Origin: an uncultured Clostridia bacterium
GTDB lineage: Bacteria > Bacillota > Clostridia > Tissierellales > Dethiosulfatibacteraceae
Reading direction: 5' to 3'
DNA length: 41,481 nucleotides
NCBI GenBank assembly: GCA_964523535.1
Contig: CAZFYP010000002.1
Location: 1 to 41,481 of the forward strand
A program made the position numbers and the translations under genes. Shown here piece after piece: positions 9,323-19,800 of the stretch. Every line of letters begins with the position of its first letter. Position 1 is the first letter of the stretch. The notes beneath the pieces were generated by a model. It ran no database searches, was not told the DNA's origin, and worked only from the letters and a program-made list of their open reading frames with translations.

Positions 9323-10891
9323 ATGTTGAAAAAAAGTTTATCGATTTTATTAGTACTTGTTTTGATTCTTGGAACATTTGCGGGATGTGGTTCACAAACA
9401 GAGGAACCGGCAACTGAAGCTGAAGCCCCTGCAGAGAATGAGAATGAAAACGAAGCGGAAGCAGAACCGGAAGTACCGGCTAAAGAGGATATTATTGTGG
9501 CATTGTCCGCAGATATTACTTCTCTTGACCCAATGGGACACAATGATACAAAATCAGAAGCAGTATCATTCTTGCTGTTTAACCGTCTTTTCAGACTGAA
9601 CACTGATTTTGAAGTAGTGCCAGACCTTGCAGAAAGCTGGGAAGCAGTGTCTGATACTGAGTGGGTAATAAAGATTAAGGAAGGCGTAATGTTCCACGAT
9701 GGAACTGAAATGACAGCAGAAGATGTTGCATTCAGTCTATTGAGATCACAGGAAATGCCTAAGGTTAAGCAGGTGCTTAGCGAGGTTGCTTCTGTAGAGG
9801 TTGTAGATACATATACTGTAAAAGTTACAACAAATTCAGCCTTTGCACCATTCCTTTATACACTTGTACATGCAGGAACTTCAATTGTACCAAAGGGATA
9901 TGTTGAATCAGGTGACGAATTCCTTAGTCCTGTAGGTTCGGGACCATACAAGTTTGTTGAATGGGTATCAGGAGACAAGGTTGTAGTTGAAAAGAATGAA
10001 GCTTATTTTGATGCTGACAACATGGGTCAGTCGAAATCCATAACCTTCAGAGTTATTCCTGAGGGAACTTCAAGAACAATCGCTCTTGAGACAGGTGAGA
10101 TTGATGCAATAATGGAACTTGAAACAATAGACATCAACAAGATTGAGGACGATTCAGACCTTACTCTTTACGAGAAGCCTTCAACTAGAATTAATTTCTT
10201 CGGTATGAATACCGAAAAAGCTCCATTTGACAACATGAAGGTTCGTCAGGCATTTGAATATGCTATAGACAAGGAAGCTGCCATGATAGTTGCAATCAAC
10301 GGTGCAGGAATCGAAGCCAATTCAATAATGGCTCCTTCTTTCCTTGGATACGTAGATTCACCTTACAGCTATGATCCTGAAAAGGCCAAAGAGCTTCTTG
10401 CAGAAGCAGGATATCCTGATGGATTCGAAATGACAATCTGGGCTTCAGGAGACGAGAGACAGAGAGTTGCACAGGTTATTCAGGCAAATCTTATGGAAGT
10501 CGGCGTTGACGCTACAATCGAGATGTTCGAATGGGGAACTTACATAGACGCATTGATCAATGGTGAAGAGCAGACATATGTACTTGGATGGACATCAAAC
10601 CCAGATCCTGATGCTACACTTACTCCTCATTACTTCTCAGGAAATGTAGGTGGAATGAATATGACACGTCTTGTTGATCCTGCAATTGATGAATTGCTTA
10701 AGCAGGGACGTGAAGAGCTTGACCTTGCAGAAAGAGAAATGATATACAACGAACTTCACGAATATGTTATGGAACAGGCTCCAATAGTACCATTGTTTGT
10801 AAATAACAACGTAGTAGCTGCAAATGCGGCACTTCAGGGTGTTGAACTTAGTCCGCAGGGAATGTGGAATCTTGAGAAGCTTCATTACTAA
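9323..10891 (+). CDS. Peptide/nickel ABC transporter substrate-binding lipoprotein (DppA/OppA/GsiB family)
   Basis: Lipobox FAGC, acidic linker, SLDP, PDLAESWE, FHDGT, PVGSGPYKF, YDPEKAKELLAEAG. Confidence 0.95.
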   Translation: MLKKSLSILLVLVLILGTFAGCGSQTEEPATEAEAPAENENENEAEAEPEVPAKEDIIVALSADITSLDPMGHNDTKSEAVSFLLFNRLFRLNTDFEVVPDLAESWEAVSDTEWVIKIKEGVMFHDGTEMTAEDVAFSLLRSQEMPKVKQVLSEVASVEVVDTYTVKVTTNSAFAPFLYTLVHAGTSIVPKGYVESGDEFLSPVGSGPYKFVEWVSGDKVVVEKNEAYFDADNMGQSKSITFRVIPEGTSRTIALETGEIDAIMELETIDINKIEDDSDLTLYEKPSTRINFFGMNTEKAPFDNMKVRQAFEYAIDKEAAMIVAINGAGIEANSIMAPSFLGYVDSPYSYDPEKAKELLAEAGYPDGFEMTIWASGDERQRVAQVIQANLMEVGVDATIEMFEWGTYIDALINGEEQTYVLGWTSNPDPDATLTPHYFSGNVGGMNMTRLVDPAIDELLKQGREELDLAEREMIYNELHEYVMEQAPIVPLFVNNNVVAANAALQGVELSPQGMWNLEKLHY

Positions 10892-10916
10892 AATTTAATT
10901 AAAACTATCAATTTAT

Positions 10917-10948
10917 GGCAAGGCAGTCCTTTGGAGGATTGCCTTGCC
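10917..10948 (+). terminator. Intergenic hairpin after the binding-protein gene (partial terminator / mRNA stabiliser)
   Basis: GGCAAGGCAGTCCT-TTGG-AGGATTGCCTTGCC 14-bp stem with one G-U pair, weak T-tract. Confidence 0.65.
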
Positions 10949-11133
10949 GGAATTTACTAATAGTCTAAGAAAGTCAAAAGTGTGTAATCCCTTGAAGCTT
11001 TGGTATCATACTTATAAGGAAACTTTTTTAGACATCTTAATAACTGCTTTGGTCACATGAAGTGTGACCCAGTTAATGCGTCGAAGACGCTTTTGTGAAG
11101 GTAAAATTTTGAAAGAAAGGAATGGGAGGTATT

Positions 11134-12060
11134 ATGTTAAAATACATTCTTAGAAGATTGTTGATGATGATACCGGTAATGCTGGGTGTTATTTTTCTAG
11201 TATTTTTCATCATAAGCTTGACTCCCGGTGATGTGGCGGCAATGATCCTTGGAGATGGTGCCACGCCAGAAGCCATAGTAGAGCTTAGAGAGGAAATGGG
11301 ACTGGATGACCCCATAATAGTCCAGTATGCAAATTATATGAAGGACCTCCTTACAGGAGACATGGGAACCTCCTATTCAACAAACAAACTTGTTTCAAGT
11401 GAAATAGGACAGAGATTTCCAAATACATTCAAACTTACAGTGACTGCAATTATACTAGCGGTGATGATATCCATTCCAATTGGAGTAGTTTCAGCCACCA
11501 GACAATACTCCATATTTGACAATGTGGGAATGATACTGGCACTGGTGGGAATATCCATGCCTTCATTCTGGACGGGTCTCATTCTTATTATAGCCTTTGC
11601 CCTTAAACTTGGCTGGTTCCCTTCAGGAGGAATGGAAGGTATCAGGAGTCTGATTCTGCCGGCATTTACCCTGGCCGTGGCATCGACAGCAAGTATTACA
11701 AGGACAACACGTTCATCCATGCTTGAGGTTATAAGACAGGACTATATCAATACAGCGAAGGCAAAGGGGGTAAGCAGAAGCATAGTAGTCAGGAAACATG
11801 CCCTTAAGAATGCACTGATACCTGCAATTACGGTAATAGGCTTGGAATTCGGTGTTCTTCTGGGTGGAGCCGTACTGACTGAGACGGTATTTGCCTGGCC
11901 TGGAATAGGAAGGCTCATGGTTGAATCCATATTGAGAAAGGATACGCCTATGGTACTGGGATGTGTAATAGCATTTGCATTGTCCTTCTCTATCGTAAAC
12001 CTTATTATAGATATACTGTATGCATATATAGACCCAAGAATAAAATCAAACTATAGTTAG
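11134..12060 (+). CDS. Peptide ABC transporter permease (DppB/OppB-like)
   Basis: YILRRLL start, TAKAKG (EAA loop) KHALKNA, ETVFAWPGIG, DPRI end; ATG 11134 follows GGGAGG. Confidence 0.95.
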   Translation: MLKYILRRLLMMIPVMLGVIFLVFFIISLTPGDVAAMILGDGATPEAIVELREEMGLDDPIIVQYANYMKDLLTGDMGTSYSTNKLVSSEIGQRFPNTFKLTVTAIILAVMISIPIGVVSATRQYSIFDNVGMILALVGISMPSFWTGLILIIAFALKLGWFPSGGMEGIRSLILPAFTLAVASTASITRTTRSSMLEVIRQDYINTAKAKGVSRSIVVRKHALKNALIPAITVIGLEFGVLLGGAVLTETVFAWPGIGRLMVESILRKDTPMVLGCVIAFALSFSIVNLIIDILYAYIDPRIKSNYS

Positions 12061-12072
12061 GAGGTTGTGTAA

Positions 12073-12969
12073 ATGACTACAAAAATCGAAAGTACAAATG
12101 TAGATGACTTAATAAAAACAAAAAAACGCAGCCAATCAGCTGATGTTTGGAAGCGGATGAAAAAGAGCCCCACTGCAATCATGGGACTCATACTGATAAT
12201 TGTATTCTTGTGCATGGCAATATTTGCCCCTCTCATAGTCGACTATGAGGCGGATGCAATAAAGATAAATGTAATTGAAAGACTTCAGCATCCCAGCAAG
12301 GACCACTGGTTCGGAACTGATGAATTTGGAAGGGATATTTTCGCAAGAATAGTATATGGTTCAAGGATATCCCTGTTTGTTGGCTTGATATCGGTAAGTA
12401 TAGCCTTATCCATAGGTGGGTTCCTTGGATCCATTGCGGGATATTATGGTGGAAGAATAGATAATATAATAATGAGGGTACTGGATGTATTGCTGGCCAT
12501 TCCGGTAATACTTCTGGCCATAACAATTGTTGCCGCCCTTGGTGGAAGTATAATGAACCTTATGATAGCAGTTGGTGTAGCCAATATACCTGGGTTTGCA
12601 AGGGTTGTAAGAGCCTCTGTACTGAGTGTAAAGGACCAGGAATTCATAGAGGCTTCAAGAGCCATCGGAGCCAAGGACCATACGATTATATTGAAGCATG
12701 TGCTGCCTAACTCCATGGCGCCCATAATTGTTTATGCCACCCTAAAGGTTGCATCTGCAATCATGGCTACGGCATCTCTTAGTTTCCTTGGTCTTGGTGT
12801 GCAGCCGCCTACTCCTGAATGGGGAGGAATGCTTGCAGGAGGACGTGACTATATGAGAGACAACATGTATATTGTAATGTATCCTGGGGTTGCAATAGTT
12901 TTGGCTGTATTGTCATTGAATCTTATAGGTGACGGATTGAGAGACGCTCTTGATCCAAAGTTGAAATAG
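12073..12969 (+). CDS. Peptide ABC transporter permease (DppC/OppC-like)
   Basis: HWFGTDEFGRDIFAR, EASRAIGA, LSFLGLG, PEWG, GDGLRDALDPK. Confidence 0.95.
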   Translation: MTTKIESTNVDDLIKTKKRSQSADVWKRMKKSPTAIMGLILIIVFLCMAIFAPLIVDYEADAIKINVIERLQHPSKDHWFGTDEFGRDIFARIVYGSRISLFVGLISVSIALSIGGFLGSIAGYYGGRIDNIIMRVLDVLLAIPVILLAITIVAALGGSIMNLMIAVGVANIPGFARVVRASVLSVKDQEFIEASRAIGAKDHTIILKHVLPNSMAPIIVYATLKVASAIMATASLSFLGLGVQPPTPEWGGMLAGGRDYMRDNMYIVMYPGVAIVLAVLSLNLIGDGLRDALDPKLK

Positions 12970-12980
12970 GGGGTGTCTGA

Positions 12981-13994
12981 ATGAGTGAAAATGTACTTAA
13001 AATAGAAGGACTTGAAGTCAGATACGCTACTGACGACGGTGTAGTTGAAGCTGTCAATGGAATAACTATTGAGGTAGACAAGGGCAAGACTCTCGGTCTT
13101 GTTGGAGAGACGGGAGCTGGAAAGACTACTACGGCCATGTCCATACTCAAGCTTGTACCTTATCCTCCGGGACTCATAACAGGAGGTAAGATAGTACTTG
13201 ATGGAGAAGAGATAACAGAAGCTACGGAAAAACAGATGGAAAAGATCAGGGGAAACATTGTTTCCATGATATTCCAGGATCCAATGACTGCCCTTAATCC
13301 GGTTATAACTGTAGGAGACCAGATATCCGAAGCAATAAGCATCCACCAGGATGCAACTCCCGAGGAAGCCAAGAAGAAAGCAAGGGAAATGCTGGAGATG
13401 GTTGGTATACCTGGAGCGCGTATGAACGAGTATCCCCACCAGTTTTCCGGAGGTATGAAGCAGCGTGTTGTAATAGCCATAGCACTTTCATGCAGTCCAA
13501 AGCTTCTCATAGCGGATGAACCTACTACGGCACTTGATGTTACCATTCAGGCCCAGGTTCTGGAGCTTATGAAGGAACTAAAGGTTAAATACAATATGGC
13601 AATGATAATGATAACACACGATCTTGGGGTAGTGGCTGAGGTATGTGATGATGTTGCCATAATGTATGCAGGACGAATAATCGAACAAGGAACAATAGAG
13701 GAAATATTCAGGGATACCAGACATCCTTATACGGAGGGTCTTTTCAATTCCATACCCAATATTGATGACAGACAGGCAGAACTTAAGCCTATCAGAGGAC
13801 TAATGTCGGATCCATACAATCTGCCTGAAGGATGTTCATTCTATGACAGATGTGATTATGCAACGGATATATGCAGGCATACAAAGCCCGAGAAGATATA
13901 TTTCTCCGACACTCATTTTACAGAATGTCATCTATACAATGACGACAAGGGTATAAAGCTTGAAAGCAGGAAGAAGGAAGGAGGGGAAGGATAA
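12981..13994 (+). CDS. Peptide ABC transporter ATP-binding protein (DppD-like)
   Basis: GETGAGKT, FSGGMKQR, ADEPTTALD, HPYT, C-terminal Cys cluster. Confidence 0.95.
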   Translation: MSENVLKIEGLEVRYATDDGVVEAVNGITIEVDKGKTLGLVGETGAGKTTTAMSILKLVPYPPGLITGGKIVLDGEEITEATEKQMEKIRGNIVSMIFQDPMTALNPVITVGDQISEAISIHQDATPEEAKKKAREMLEMVGIPGARMNEYPHQFSGGMKQRVVIAIALSCSPKLLIADEPTTALDVTIQAQVLELMKELKVKYNMAMIMITHDLGVVAEVCDDVAIMYAGRIIEQGTIEEIFRDTRHPYTEGLFNSIPNIDDRQAELKPIRGLMSDPYNLPEGCSFYDRCDYATDICRHTKPEKIYFSDTHFTECHLYNDDKGIKLESRKKEGGEG

Positions 13995-14948
13995 TTGGCA
14001 GAAAAATTATTGGAAGTTAAAAATCTGAAGAAATACTTTAAGACCCCTCGAGGACTGCTCCATGCAGTGGATGATGTTAACTTTTCCATAGAAAAGGGAA
14101 AGACGCTGGGTATAGTAGGTGAATCAGGATGTGGAAAGTCTACTACAGGAAGGGTTATATTAAGACTGCTGGAAGCTACTGAAGGCGAAGTCTTATACAA
14201 GGGAAAGGACATACTCAAGGTTTCCAAGAATGAGATGAGGAATCTCAGGAAGGAATTACAGATAATCTTTCAGGACCCCTTTGCATCACTGGATCCAAGG
14301 ATGACTGTAAGTGAAATCATTGAGGAGCCAATAAAACTCAACAAGATTATTGTAGACAAGAAAAAGAGACTTGAAAGAGTTTTGGAACTAATGGATCTTG
14401 TAGGCCTGTCAAGAAGGCTTATGAATACATATCCACATGAGCTTGACGGTGGAAGAAGACAGAGAATAGGTATAGCAAGAGCACTGGCCCTTGACACCAA
14501 ATTCATTGTCTGTGACGAGCCTGTATCAGCCCTTGATGTATCCATTCAGGCCCAGATTCTCAACCTTATGAAAGAGCTTCAGGACAAGATGGGTCTTACA
14601 TATATATTCATAACCCATGATTTGTCTGTTGTAAACCATTTTTCCGATGATATAGCCGTAATGTATCTTGGTAAGCTTATTGAGAAGGCTCCTGCAGAGG
14701 AATTGTTTAACAATCCAATCCATCCTTATACCAAGGCTCTGCTTTCGGCAATACCGAGACCGACTCTTGACAGAAAGATGGAAAAGATAATCCTCAAGGG
14801 TGAAATTACTTCTCCTATAGACCCAGCCGACAATTGCAGGTTCTGCAATAGGTGTAACTTTACTGAAAAGGTGTGTGAAGCCAAGGAACCACAACTGCTT
14901 GAGGTTTCAAAGGACCATTTTGTGGCTTGTCATTTATTTGGAAAGTAA
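13995..14948 (+). CDS. Peptide ABC transporter ATP-binding protein (DppF-like)
   Basis: TTG start abutting dppD stop; GESGCGKS, LDGGRRQR, CDEPVSALD, HPYT, HFVACH. Confidence 0.95.
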   Translation: MAEKLLEVKNLKKYFKTPRGLLHAVDDVNFSIEKGKTLGIVGESGCGKSTTGRVILRLLEATEGEVLYKGKDILKVSKNEMRNLRKELQIIFQDPFASLDPRMTVSEIIEEPIKLNKIIVDKKKRLERVLELMDLVGLSRRLMNTYPHELDGGRRQRIGIARALALDTKFIVCDEPVSALDVSIQAQILNLMKELQDKMGLTYIFITHDLSVVNHFSDDIAVMYLGKLIEKAPAEELFNNPIHPYTKALLSAIPRPTLDRKMEKIILKGEITSPIDPADNCRFCNRCNFTEKVCEAKEPQLLEVSKDHFVACHLFGK

Positions 14949-14970
14949 TATAGGTTCCAAATCCCTTAAA

Positions 14971-15019
14971 AAAGACCCATGGATGAATACCTTGTATGGT
15001 ATTTATTCCATGGGTCTTT
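14971..15019. terminator. Bidirectional terminator between ABC operon and hydrogenase operon
   Basis: AAAGACCCATGGATGAATACC...GGTATTTATTCCATGGGTCTTT long imperfect stem between convergent genes. Confidence 0.8.
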
Positions 15020-15071
15020 AAATGTTAAAAAGTAGATCACTTATATTTCAATTGTCAATATGTTATTGTTT

Positions 15072-16850
15072 CTAGTCTCTTGACCTTTTTCTCTTGGTAT
15101 ATGTCGTATGAAGGAGGTCATGTGACTTATGTCCCAGTGGTTTATGGAGGAATTCTTCGTAGAGTTTATGTATATCCTTGTTTTCGTGGGATTTTCTGAG
15201 TGTCTTTCTTTCGTCTTCCGTATAGAGACAGCTTATCCTTTTTTCCCTGATGTCGGGATCATCTGAACGAGGCTGGCCGCCACCGTTGATGCATCCTCCC
15301 GGACAAGCCATAATTTCTATGAAGTGATACTTGCTTGTACCCAGTTTGATTTCCTCCAGGAGCTGGCCAGCTCCATCCAGTCCGCTTGTTACTGCTATTT
15401 TCACTTCAATTCCATCAAGGGCCTTCCATTCTTCAAGAGGATTTTCAATGAGAAGGGAAGCGGTCTTGATTTTTTCAACACCCATTATTGGTGCTATATG
15501 GAGGTTGTCAAAAGGCAGTTCCCTTCCTGTTATTAGTTCATATACTGTTCTTACTGCAGCCTCCATTACTCCACCCGTATTTCCGAATATGTCTGCTGCT
15601 CCCGAGGAAAGTCCCATTGGACTGTCGAAGGTGGCGTCCTGGAGGTTCATGAAATCCACTCCTGCATCCTTTATCATCCTTGCAAATTCCCTGGTGGTCA
15701 GTACAGCATCTACATTTTGCATGTCGTTGTTTACCATTTCAGGCCTTGTGATTTCGTATTTCTTTGCAGTGCAGGGCATTATGGAAACCATATATATGTT
15801 TTCCGAATCAATTCCTGTCTTGTCGGCGAAGAAAGTCTTTGTAAGGGCGCCCAGCATCATGTGGGGAGACTTGCAGGATGAAAGATTGTCAAGCTGTTCA
15901 GGGAAGTAGTGTTCTATGTATTTTATCCATCCCGGACTGCAGCTCGTTATCATTGGCAGGGTGGCTTCTTTGCCGTCAATTATAAGATCCTTTATCCTTC
16001 CTAGAAATTCGTGGCCTTCCTCGATTATTGTAAGGTCTGCAGCAAAGTTTGTGTCGAAAACATAGTCAAAGCCAAGTTCCCTCAAGGCTGATGCCATTTT
16101 GCCGGTAACGGAAGTGCCCGGAGGGCTGTCGAATTCCTCACCCAGAGCTGCCCTGATAGCTGGTGCAGTCTGAACTATAACAATTTTTTCATCATCGTTT
16201 ATTGCATCCCATACATTTTCTAGGGAGCTTTTTTCCTTAAGTGCTCCTACTGGACAAACCTTGGTGCACTGACCGCAGAAGGTACAAGATGCATCGTTTA
16301 GCATGAGATCCTGTCCTGGACTTATTACCGATTTGAATCCTCTTTCCTGTGTATTGAGTATTCCTACCTTTTGTATGTCGTTGCATATTGTTTGACATCT
16401 CCTGCATAGAATGCATTTGTCCATGTCCCTTTCGATGGCTACTGACGAAATGTCCAAAAGTCCTTGTGACATTTCTCCTTGGAACCGTCCTTCCTCCACC
16501 TGGATTATTCCTCCAAGTGCTTGAAGTTCGCAGTTGTTATTCCTTTCGCAGCTTAAACAGTTTTTGGGATGGTTGGATAGGATAAGTTCGTACATTACCT
16601 TCCTTGCATTCCTAACTCTATTTGTATTTGTTTTTATGACCATTCCATCCGTGACCTTTGTTATGCAGGACGCCATGAGGTTTTTCATACCCTCCACTTC
16701 AACTACGCAAAGCCTGCAGGCTCCTATTTCATGGACATTTTCAAGATAGCATAGATGGGGTATGAGTATATTGTTCTCCTTGGCGACCTGAAGTATGGTC
16801 TTGTCAGGAGATGCTTCAATAACTTTGTTATTTATAGTAATCTTAGCCAT
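15072..16850 (-). CDS. hydA: [FeFe]-hydrogenase catalytic subunit, group A, M3 architecture
   Basis: H-cluster motifs TSCSPGW, MPCTAKKYE, EIMACPGGCINGGGQP; N-terminal [2Fe-2S], His-ligated [4Fe-4S] (HPKNCLSC..C) and 2x[4Fe-4S] (CILCRRC, CTFCGQC..CP). Confidence 0.97.
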   Translation of the reverse strand: MAKITINNKVIEASPDKTILQVAKENNILIPHLCYLENVHEIGACRLCVVEVEGMKNLMASCITKVTDGMVIKTNTNRVRNARKVMYELILSNHPKNCLSCERNNNCELQALGGIIQVEEGRFQGEMSQGLLDISSVAIERDMDKCILCRRCQTICNDIQKVGILNTQERGFKSVISPGQDLMLNDASCTFCGQCTKVCPVGALKEKSSLENVWDAINDDEKIVIVQTAPAIRAALGEEFDSPPGTSVTGKMASALRELGFDYVFDTNFAADLTIIEEGHEFLGRIKDLIIDGKEATLPMITSCSPGWIKYIEHYFPEQLDNLSSCKSPHMMLGALTKTFFADKTGIDSENIYMVSIMPCTAKKYEITRPEMVNNDMQNVDAVLTTREFARMIKDAGVDFMNLQDATFDSPMGLSSGAADIFGNTGGVMEAAVRTVYELITGRELPFDNLHIAPIMGVEKIKTASLLIENPLEEWKALDGIEVKIAVTSGLDGAGQLLEEIKLGTSKYHFIEIMACPGGCINGGGQPRSDDPDIREKRISCLYTEDERKTLRKSHENKDIHKLYEEFLHKPLGHKSHDLLHTTYTKRKRSRD

Positions 16851-16859
16851 TTTACCCTC

Positions 16860-19800
16860 CTATATCCTTCTATCGCATCGCAGACATCGCATTGCTTCCG
16901 CTATTGCATTGAGCCTATGGTAGCCTTTGTTTACTTCATCGAAATTGCCCTTGCGCTTGTCGGCTGACAGTACTTTCATTGGGAATCTTTCATGCTCGAA
17001 TATCTCGTGCTCTTCGAAATCATCGGGGATTTCTATTTGGTCTCCCTTGTGTAAGTCTCCCGTACCTCCAAGATACTTGTCTATTTCAACAGCCGACTTT
17101 TTACCGTCGGCTATTGCAGTGATTACAACATCAGACCCTCTTACTACATCTCCTCCAGCGAAAACTCCCTCCATGGAGGTCATATTGTTTTTGGAATCTA
17201 TGACAAAGGAACCGTAGCTTGTAAGTTCAACCTCATCCTTCCTTATGAATGGGAAATCGGAATACTGGCTGACGGCTGGTATGACCATGTCGACCTGGAA
17301 ATCAAAATCGGAGTTTTCCTTCTTGACAGGTTTTCTTCTTCCCTTGCTGTCAAAGCCTTCCAATTCGATTCTTGAACAAATTATCTTTTCAACAGAATTT
17401 TCACTGTTGCCTGAAATTTCAAGAGGCATGACAAGTTCATGTATCTGTATTCCTTCATCCAGGGCGTCTTTTACTTCCCGCTTGTCTGCAGGCATGTCCT
17501 CTATTCTTCTTCTGTAAAGAATGTGGACTTCCTGGGCTCCCATTCTAAGGGCTACACGGGATGCATCGATAGCAGTGGATCCACCGCCGATTATTGCAAC
17601 TCTTTTGCCAATTGCAACATCTTTTCCAAGATTGACATCTTTTAGGAAGTCAAGACCGTGGTACACTCCCTTGAGGTCTTCTCCGTCTATGCCCACTTTT
17701 CTGGAGAATTGTGTTCCCGTTGCTATATATACTGCATGGTAATTGTTTTTAAGCTCCTGGAATTCTATGTCTTTTCCAACCTTGTGGTTAAGTATGATGT
17801 TTACTCCAGCCTGCCTTATGCTGTCAATTTCCTTTTTCAGTATTTCCTTTGGAAGTCTGTATTGGGGTATTCCGAAGGCAAGTACTCCTCCGGCCACATC
17901 CTGCTCTTCAAAGACATCTATATCGTATCCAAGTCTTGCAAGATAGTATCCGCAGGTAAGTCCCGAAGGACCTGCTCCTATTACTGCAACTTTCTTGCCG
18001 TTTTTTGGCAATACGGATGTTGTAATGGGTTTGTCGGAATTGAGAACCTGTTCCGCAATATATTTCTTGATATCGGAAATAGCTATGGCCTCGTCTATCT
18101 GGGCTCTTCTGCACTTGTATTCGCATGGATGGGTGCAGATGTCGCCGCAGACTGCAGGGAATGGATTTTCCTGCCTGATGAGATTGTAGGCATCCTCGAT
18201 CCTGCCTCTTGCAACAAGGGCAAGGTATCCTGGAACATTAATGCCTGCCGGACATGCATTTTCACATGGGGACAGGAAGAGTTCTCCGCATACTCCAGCT
18301 GTGCAGTAGCCTTCCTCTATATGGTCAAGGTATTCATCCATGAAATAGTCAAGGGTGGAGAGAACAGGATTTGGTGCAGTCTGACCGAGACCGCAAAGGG
18401 CTGTATCCTTTATTACCTGTCCCAGGTCCTTAAGGTCTTCAATGTCTTTTTTGGATCCCTGACCAAGGGTTATCCTTTCCAGTATTTCAAGCATCCGTTT
18501 TGTACCTATTCTGCAGGCAACGCACTTTCCGCATGATTCGTCCTGTACGAATTCCATGAAATATCTGGCAACGTCAACCATGCAAGTATCTTCGTCCATG
18601 CAGACTAGTCCACCGGAACCCATTATTGCTCCAAGTTCCTTGAGTGAATCGTAATCTATAGGGGTGTTGAGGTATTCTCCCGTGATGCATCCTCCTGAAG
18701 GTCCTCCTGTCTGAGCAACCTTGAATTTCTTGTCTCCGGGTATGCCTCCTCCTATATCGTAGACTATTTCTCCCAGGGATATTCCCATGGGGACCTCAAT
18801 TATTCCAGTATTGTTGATATCACCTGCAAGGGCAAATATTTTCGTTCCCTTGCTATTTTCAGTTCCTATGGATGTGAACCAGTGGGCACCCTTCAATATG
18901 ATTGATGCTATGTTGCCGAAGGTTTCAACATTGTTGATTATTGTAGGTTTCTTGAAGAGCCCCTCATCGGAGGGGTAAGGAGGTTTCTGTCTGGGTTCAC
19001 CTCTTCGACCTTCTACTGAATTCATGAGGGCAGTCTCTTCTCCGCATACGAATGCTCCTGCACCAATTCTTACTTCTATGTCGAAGTTGAATCCGGAATC
19101 GAATATATTCTCCCCAAGGAGGCCTGATTCCCTGGCTTTGTGAATTGCCTTGTCAAGCCTGTCGATTGCTAGTGGGTATTCGGCTCTGACATAAACTACT
19201 CCCTTGTTGGCACCTATGGAGTAGCCTGCAATCATCATTCCTTCTATTACGGAATGGGGATCTCCTTCGATGAGGCTCCTGTCCATGAATGCTCCGGGAT
19301 CTCCCTCGTCAGCATTGCATATGACATATTTATTGCTGGCTTCAGTTTTCATTGCCAGTTTCCATTTTAATCCTGTAGGGAATCCGCCGCCGCCTCTTCC
19401 CCTGAGACCTGATTTGGCTATTTCTTCTATTGTTTCTTCCCTGGACATGGAAGATAATACTTTTTCAAGAGCCGAATATCCATCATTGGCTATATATTCT
19501 TCCAGGGAGTTGAAGTCTATTCGTCCACAGTTTTTAAGGACAATCTTGTACTGTTTCCTGTAGAATTCTATGTCTTCCATTTTGGGGATGTATTCTTTTG
19601 TTTTCTTGTCCAAATAGCAGTATTTTTCAACTATATTTCCATTAATTATGTGAGAATCAACTATTTCCCTAATCTTGTCTTCTGTAAGCCTGCAGTACAA
19701 GGTCATGCCGGGATTGACAACCATCATTGGACCTTCTGCGCACATTCCCATGCAGCCTGTATTGTTTATTTTTACAGATTGGACAAGACCCTTGTCTTCA

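Noticed and set aside
9400-9480. Glu/Ala/Asn-rich repeat in the binding protein
   Set aside because: Ordinary flexible acidic linker after a lipoprotein anchor
17658-18536. 292-aa plus-strand ORF (and other antisense ORFs such as 644-1222, 12849-13439, 15331-15909)
   Set aside because: Fully antisense to well-supported genes, no recognisable motifs; typical shadow ORFs
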